In this document: positions 57,034 to 64,000 of the stretch, piece after piece
How the letters are laid out: each line of letters starts with the position of its first letter
Position numbering within the stretch: position 1 is the first letter of the stretch
Assembly: GCA_001643675.2 (NCBI GenBank)
Contig: LSRY02000023.1
Location: 124,001 to 188,000, forward strand
DNA: 64,000 bases
Direction of reading: 5' to 3'
DNA from: Monocercomonoides exilis PA203
Lineage: Eukaryota; Protista; Preaxostyla
The notes under the pieces: generated by a model
What the model was told of the DNA's origin: nothing
The model's database searches: none
The model's input: only the letters and a program-made list of their open reading frames with translations
Made by a program: the position numbers and the translations under genes

Positions 57034-59118
57034 AAAATCATTCTTTTTCAACAAGTAATTTTTATTTTATTTGATGTTTTAAAAAAATACATTATGAAAA
57101 ATAAAATATTACTCCTTTTTAACAATTTGGGGAAAAAAGGAGAAGTTGTTTTAAGTCCAAATATGGGTCTGGTTTTGTTCATTCTTAATTTTTTTTCCAC
57201 CAATTTGTTTTGAATATTTTTTAAAAAGTTTTATTTTAGTAAAATTTGTAACGAAATAAATTTATTAAATAAAAATTTATAAACCAAAAACTGCAGTTTA
57301 ATTTTGCAAAATGGTGACAATTTTTGAAATCATAACTAATTGAGGAGAAACATTTTTTTTTTCATATGTTTTTATATTTTTCAAAAAGTTAATCGTTGAA
57401 ATGAAAAATATGTGCAACTATTCCAAAAGCCAAAGTTTGAGATAAGCACAAAATTAATTATTCTGCAAATTGTTTAGTTTCTAATCAGTGTTCATTTTGA
57501 ATATCAAAAGAAATGTTTCGTTCCGAATTCATTGAAACAAAATATATTATTCCGAAAATAATAGCCAACGTTTTATTAAAATGAAAGAAATATGTCAGTT
57601 TCCTGAAGAAAAAATAAAATAAAAATTGCTTGATCAAATATTAAACAAAGGTGTGATTACGAAAAAGATGGACAACGTAGCTTTGAAAATTGACGCAAAA
57701 GGCTGCGTTGAGGGAACCAAAAATATTAAAAATAATTTTTATAAAAAGGCAAAAAATTTTCAGTCCATGAAGCATCGACACTCCTTGGTGTTTATTATAC
57801 GTCAAAATTTTTTGAAAAGTTTTTTTTGTATTATTTTCTAATGAGAAAAAAATTTCATATTTCGATCAAATTTCTGTTTCCACTCAATAAATTTTGCTGT
57901 TATGAAAACAAAATCTCCACAATGTAATCATTTCCATTTTAGTGAAGTTTCCTGAGCAGGAACAGATATTTGATCGAAGTTTAAAACTATTATCTTATTT
58001 TAAAATTTAACAAAAGGAACTTTTCAAAATAATTTCGACATATGTTTTAAATATCATTTGGGTAATTATTTTAGAAATCATAACTTTTTTAGAAGTATTG
58101 ATTTTTCAAAAGTTGAAAGTCATTGTTAAAATGTTTTGTCTTCAAATACTAAATTTCTCACAGCTACTCAGAAAAAATAATGCGAAAACTGAAATAAAAA
58201 TGCAGATATCTTCAACAAATCTTTTCACATTTCTAAGTTCATTTGTTTATTTTCAAGGGAAATTTTTGGATCGAAATATTTGAAAGAAAAATTATGATAT
58301 CAAAAATAATCACTTATTTAACTTTTTTTAAGGGTTTTCTTATTCAAAAACAACTGTCCCCCCAATAGAATTTTTTTAACAAATTTTTTTGTTAAATTAT
58401 TTAAGAAACAAAAAAAGACATTTTTCGATTTAGTAATAAGTTTATGAAGGCTTATTGTTGATGTCAGGGTTGATAATAACTCAATTTATGTATTTCGATG
58501 AAGTTTGAAAAAGGCATTGAAATACTATATATTTGAATAAAAAACAATTCAATCATTTTTTGTTTTGATTTATAGGCTATTATTAACCTTACACTTTTTC
58601 AATATCTAAACAATGCATTTTTTTGTTATTTATTCATGGATTTAACGAAATAATTGGGTATCCCAAATGAAACCTCTTGTAACAAATGAAATGTGAAATG
58701 AATTGGATTTTCAATTTGGGACAAAATATTTGACTTCATGCATTTTCATTGAAATTTTATGAACATTTAATGAACTTTTTGTGAACATATAAGTGATTCT
58801 TTTTGAAAAGTCGCAAATGTTTAATTTTCAAATAAATCAAAAATTTCATATTATGCTCATATTTTCGTTGGCAAACACTAAACTTCACAAATATGGAATC
58901 TATAAAAGGATTATGCTATATCACACATTCTAAAGAAGATTCGAAAGTGGAAACGAAATTTTGAGCAAAATATGAAATTTTTGATTTATTTGAAAATTAA
59001 ACACTTGCGACTTTTCAAAAAGAATCACCCATATATTTTCAACATAATTGGTTCAATTTTCGATATACGTTTGAGATCACATTTCATAATGTTAATATAT
59101 AATTTACGTTTGCATGCG

Positions 59119-60206
59119 GATATGAAAATCAAATTTATTTTGAAATCTGGTTAAGTTCAAAAATGTTATAAGCGAAACATTATTATTTAACTTTTTGCAT
59201 AAAAAGCTTTTTCGTCCATATTTTCCTCCATTTTAACATTCATTTAATGCAAAATAAAGATGATAAATATCATGATCATTGTTTATATTTTTTTCTGGTT
59301 CATTTTCCCATAGTTCCAACATATTTTCTTTGCGAAAAGTCTTTTTTTGGGGTAAAAATATTATTTAACAAGTACAGATATCGCATAAAATACCGGACAA
59401 GATCGATTCCACAATAACAGTAAGAAGAAAAATTCTGACTATTTTCCTCAAAATACATCTTATCAGTACAAACTCATTTGTCATACAAGACTTTCAGTAC
59501 AGCTTCGCTTGAGCTCAGAATAAAATATTTTATAAATCTCGGAGAAATAGGATTTTGAGTTTCTCCGAGATTTCGATATTAATTTCTCCTGAGCACAAAT
59601 GAAGCTGTTTTGAAAGTTTTGCATATAATATGAGTTTGTATTGATGAGATACATTTTAAGGAAAATAGTCAGAATTATTCCTCTTGCAGTTGTTGTGAAA
59701 TCGATCTTGTCCGGTATTTTGTGCGATGTCCGGTATTTTATGCGATATCTGTAATTAAAATTACTGTTGGATTTAAAAAAATAGGTTTTCTCAGCTTTAA
59801 ATCACTGTTAAACGAAAATCACTTTCGAAATGTCATAATTGCATTTATTGAAAATTGTATAAATAAATAAAAACATGTCAATCGATTTTTTTTACCGGTC
59901 GTTATCTGCCCACTCACCAAGATCTTTGTCATTTGGGGAAAAATATTTTTCTTCAGGCATTTTCATAGAAAAATTGTGCACTTTTCATTGACTTTTTGAG
60001 ATCAAAAAATATAATGAAAATGAACACATTTTTTGACGTTCGTGAAATGTTGGAAAACTTTATGTTTTGATTTCATCGATGCCCGTTTACAGATATGAAA
60101 ATCAAATTTATATTGAAATCTGAGAAAGGGAATAAAAGTTACGAGTGAAGCAATTTTTTTGTGTTTTGTGCATGAAAAGCTTGAAAGTCCATATTTTCTC
60201 CCATTT
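59119..60206 (+). repeat. Pair of diverged 115-bp direct repeats (59119-59233 and 60092-60206) flanking the MITE
   Basis: Both start GATATGAAAATCAAATTTAT.TTGAAATCTG and end GCAT.AAAAGCTT....GTCCATATTTTC..CCATTT, with equal length. Confidence 0.7.
59375..59751. mobile_element. Non-autonomous foldback MITE, Tc1/mariner/pogo-like (TA TSD, CAG...CTG ends), palindromic over its whole length
   Basis: TA|CAGATATCGCATAAAATACCGGACA ... TGTCCGGTATTTTATGCGATATCTG|TA is a perfect 25-bp TIR; imperfect arm symmetry continues to the central stem AAATCTCGGAGAAA/TTTCTCCGAGATTT with a 12-nt loop; no ORF. Confidence 0.85.
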
Positions 60207-60616
60207 GAAGAATTTGAGATAAAAAAATCTAATAATTAATTACTAAAAGAAATGGGAAGAAATTTTTTGCTTTATGAATTTTGTTCCACTCAATGATTTT
60301 TTAATATTATCTTTAATATAATGCGTGGGAGTGTTGGACTTTTTATGATTTGATGGAATAAAAAATTGGAACAAATTTGAGTTTTTTTTCAAAAATGCAA
60401 AAATTTCGCCCCAAATCTGTTACACTTTTGGTGATCAATATTTTTTTAAAACTTTATTCAGTATTTTTTTGTTTGGTTGAAAATTGGATGGTGAAACAAA
60501 AGCACTCATCCACATTTCATAAAATGAAAGCATTTATGAAATGAAGAAAAAAAGAAGTCATTTTAATATAATCTTTTGAAATGAGGCTACAATATTGATT
60601 AAAATTCGCTAATTGT

Positions 60617-61862
60617 TCAGTCATCATCCTCATCATCGCTATCATGCTCAACAATCTATAAAATTATAATTTAAGTCCCAAATAATACATAATCAGAAAA
60701 AGAAAAAACACAATAATAATTAATCAATCAAAGAAATAGTTAATAAGAGACAAACAATTCCTGTAAAAGCCTTTGATTTTCTTTGAAAAGCAGAGCCATC
60801 CAAAGAACGTGAATTGGAAATAGAAGATACTTTTTTTGGTGCTGCAGATGATATTTGAGATGTTGACATGTGAGATGATGATTGAGCTTGTTGATTCATT
60901 GCAGAAGAAGAACTTGACGTGCTGTTAATAACAGAAGTTGAAGGAGATTCACTGTTCAGAGAGATGGCAGAAGGCGATTGGGGTGAGGGCGAAGAAGAAG
61001 AAGAAGAAGAAGAAGAAGAAGGCGTGGTTGATGATGAAGTGCTATCATTAGAATTAATAGGTCGCGTGACAAGATGATGTACTGGCTGAGTTTTTGATTG
61101 ATCGGGATGTTGAGCTTTGTAAGCCTTATAAATGTCAGATGGAGTTCGGATTTGAGTTGATAAAAGAGATGGTTTGCTGTCTTCTTCCTTTTCATCATCA
61201 TCTGATGTTGATTCTTCTGATATATCGCCTCCGTCAAGCTCTTCTCGCTCCAATTTTTCCAAATGATCCGCATATTCCATCAACTCTTCCCAATCTTTTT
61301 CTTCTTGTTCTTTTTCTTCATTTGTTTTAATTTTCGGCTTTGTTGATTCTGTTATCGGAAATGATTCTTCCTCTTCTTTTTCAATTATCTGAAAAGGTTT
61401 TTCCTCAAATCCAGTCTTCTCAGCTTCAGCAAAGGGAGCAAGTGCTTCTCTTAGTTCGCTAGTCGTATATTTTATTTTTTCCTTTAAAATATTGAGAACA
61501 TCTCTCTCATTTTCTAGTAATTCTTCATTTCTTTCTATTCTTCTTTTTACAATTTCAATTGCATCACAAGCAGTTTTTTTTAAATATATACCAGAGCCAA
61601 TGTACACAAAAAGTTCGTTTGTGTGAATAAGTTTTCCTGAAGCAAAAGCTTTACTCCCAATTGGAATCATTGCTGATTTTGTTTGGCAATGTTTCATATC
61701 TTCAAGAATATTCACAAGCTCTTGACATTCACTTTTTGTATCTTCAAGTTCTTTTATTCGTTGGGACGATATTAAAACCCTTTTTGTCAAAGAATCAAGC
61801 AATTGATTCATCAACAAAAAATTCAAATTGTTTATTCTGGGAGGAAAGAAAAATTTTTGCAT
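60617..61862 (-). CDS. URI1: URI/Bud27 unconventional prefoldin (RPB5 interactor); short terminal exon
   Basis: Alpha-prefoldin domain AMIPIGSKAFASGKLIHTNELFVYIG.G..L.KTA..A.EIV.RR; acidic middle; IRTPSDIY; spliced end KAFTGI|IVEHDSDDEDDD*; start may be 61811. Confidence 0.85.
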
Positions 61863-62030
61863 ATACCAATTTCATGACCGAGAACAAATATCAAAATATT
61901 GTTCCAATGACAATTTCCAAAATGCAAACAAAGGAAAAACTATTGGATATATAATTAATTAAAGTTAAATTCTCTAATTTTTGTCTAAAAAGTGAGTTTA
62001 CAGTTTTAAAACCTAAGAAACAACACATAA

Positions 62031-64000
62031 ATGTCTACAAAAGAAGAAAGTTCAGATGATGATGAGGAATCACAACCAATTGAAGAACATGAATACGTAT
62101 TGCTTTTGATATTTGATTTTTCTTTAATATGATGGTTTTATACTACAGTATCAGCTATTTCCCACATATATAAATCAGCTTAAAGAAGGAAATGATTTAC
62201 TTATCAGAGGAGCTGCTGTTAGTTTGATTGCAATAATTCAGGCTGGTATGATGTTTTTTTAACTAAACATTTTTTCAACACTTAACATGTTCCAATTTAA
62301 AAATCATATACAGAGCATAGATTTCTTCCTCTTTTAATTGAAAGTGATATTTTAAAGTTAATTACAGATATTTTACAAACTGATTTAAAAGTGGAAACAA
62401 AGGTATTGAATTTTTGAAGATAACCACAAATTAAAAAAAACTTTAAATTTAAAATGATCAATAAGCTGTGCTTAAAAGCACTGCTAATGCATTTAGAGTG
62501 TTTTAGTCATCAAGTTCTTGATGATGATAAGACATTTTACGCCTCAGCACTGTCGTCGTGCTCTCAAATGATGGAGGTATGAGAATATTTAATTAATTAA
62601 AGCTTGAGATTATTTTTTGACACGTTGCTTCTTATGAAAGTCTCCAAGTGCGGAATTTGCAGAAAAGTCAAAGAATTGTGTGAACAATTTACTGAAAACA
62701 CTTATTTCCTCAGATGTTTCACTCGCTCCGAGCGACGAAACGCCTTTCCACAACAAGCTGAGCGACATAGTTGTGGAAAGCGGGCTTATCATCCGTCTGC
62801 GCCGCCTTCTGTTCCGCTCGATGCGAGCCAGCAAAGCAGAACAGGCGCCGCTTCCTCTGATTGAGCTCTTGGGGATGGTGATGCTGCTGATACGCGGAGA
62901 CATCGATCCTTCGGCGCTGGCGCCGCTGCGCGACCCGCTCAAGGAAATCGAAGAGAAAAGCACAGACTTGGTTGCCCAACCGTATGCGCTCTTCATGCGG
63001 AGGCAGTACCCGGCCCTGAATTCTGACTTGCAGATGGCGGAGCCCACCGCCCCACCGTTTGGCTATTACTCGCAATCAGCTTCTTTTGCAGCACCGCAAT
63101 CACTTCCTCCTTCGTCATCGTCATCTCCATCTCCCTCTCCATCTTCGTCGTCATTGTCTCAACCTCCTCTTCCACAGCTGCAGCACCACAGAGCTGCTTT
63201 AACTTCTCATGCTTCTTCTTCCCCTTCTTCCTCTTCCTCCTCCTCCTCTTCTTCTTCCTCTTCTCTTCCACCACCGCCGTTGTATGCACAGCCGATGAAT
63301 GCGCAGTATGAGCGCTCTCAGAAAAACGAGTCTCAAAGTCGATATCCTCACTCAGCTTCTGACAGAAAGCGGTTCAAACAATCTTTTGCACAAGAACAGG
63401 CAAAGATTGCATCGCCATTCGCTTCTCGACAGTCTGCCGAACAAGCAAATTCTTCTTCCTCTGCTTCTTCTACATCTTCTGCTTCTTCTTCGACTTCTTC
63501 TGCAATGTTGGCAGGACAGACGCCGTTTGTGATGTTTGACAAGAACACCCAAAAGAAGCAGAAGCAGCTGCAGAAAAGACAGCAGCACAAGAGAAAAGCG
63601 CAAAAGGGGGCGAAAGAAGCGAAAACTGGAAAGGAGCAGAAGGCAGAGAAGGATGTTGACAATTTCAGTAACATCAACGATGACTTGTTCGCATTCAACG
63701 AGGCAGACACCACTTCACATACTGGTCGCAATGCTTCTTCGGCGTTTCCTTCATCTTCGTCTTCTTCATCTTCATCTTCTTCTCTTTCAGCTTCTGTTTC
63801 TCCTCCTCTGTCATCCTCTTCCTCCTCCTCCTCTTCTTCCTCTTCTTCCTCCAAAACTCCCTTCTCTTCATCCTCTTTGGACTCTGCATATCGTTCCATT
63901 GCCCGTTCCCTCCGCTTTGTGAAGCCGCCGCGCGAGCAGATTGAGTCTTTTACTGGTCTCCACTGCTTCGAAGTGATCAGCGCCTTCTCAAAGACAGCAG
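62031..64000 (+). CDS. Hypothetical protein, N-terminal helical (ARM/HEAT-like) region then Ser-rich segments; 3'-truncated, at least 4 introns
   Basis: ATG 62031; short GT-AG introns join in-frame exons (..LLIRGAAVSLIAIIQA|EHRFLPLLIESDILKLI..|LCLKALL..|SPSAEFAEKS..) into a frame that stays open to the window end. Confidence 0.6.

Noticed and set aside
4187-61862. Functional clustering of proteostasis genes (PSMA7, Hsp110, cyclophilin, Rpn13, URI) or ciliary genes (CYB5D1, EFHC1, FOR20)
   Set aside because: They are interspersed with unrelated housekeeping genes, and such large categories are expected by chance in a compact genome
1-64000. Alternative genetic code (TAA/TAG = Gln, as in some oxymonads and diplomonads)
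   Set aside because: Conserved C-termini end at TAA (CYB5D1 at 438, cyclophilin at 53465) and multi-kb ORFs have no in-frame TAA/TAG
1-64000. CRISPR arrays, operons, prophage, rRNA or tRNA genes
   Set aside because: Eukaryotic spliced genes throughout; no repeat-spacer structure or recognisable structural RNA seen by eye (tRNAscan/Infernal not run)

Overview
Gene-dense, intron-rich, AT-rich eukaryotic DNA from a flagellated protist using the standard genetic code. Poly-Ser and Glu/Lys microsatellite-expanded proteins, short introns and a giant beta-helix/TM/pseudokinase gene suggest an oxymonad such as Monocercomonoides (inference, not database-verified). I reconstructed about 20 protein-coding genes by hand, most of them spliced: CYB5D1 (3' part), THOC1, proteasome alpha4 (PSMA7), CPSF30, a hypothetical helical protein, a 2-TM protein, EFHC1/Rib72, Abitram/FAM206A, an ankyrin-FYVE protein, a receptor-like pseudokinase, an Hsp110-like chaperone, eIF3b, DUF1295, INTS2-like, a Dpy-30/DD-motif protein, FOR20, ER cyclophilin, Rpn13, URI/Bud27 and a truncated unknown gene. 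The most striking observation is that the Hsp110-like gene (40536->32643, 9 exons, roughly 2,250 aa) ends in an in-frame alpha-crystallin (Hsp20) domain, an apparent Hsp110-small-HSP fusion. It sits head-to-head with eIF3b, only 43 bp away. Also present are a 377-bp fully palindromic TA-flanked MITE inside a 3.5-kb gene desert, a GC-AG intron, and a strong bias toward AAG acceptors and GTTTG donors. All family calls come from motif recognition by eye; no searches were run.
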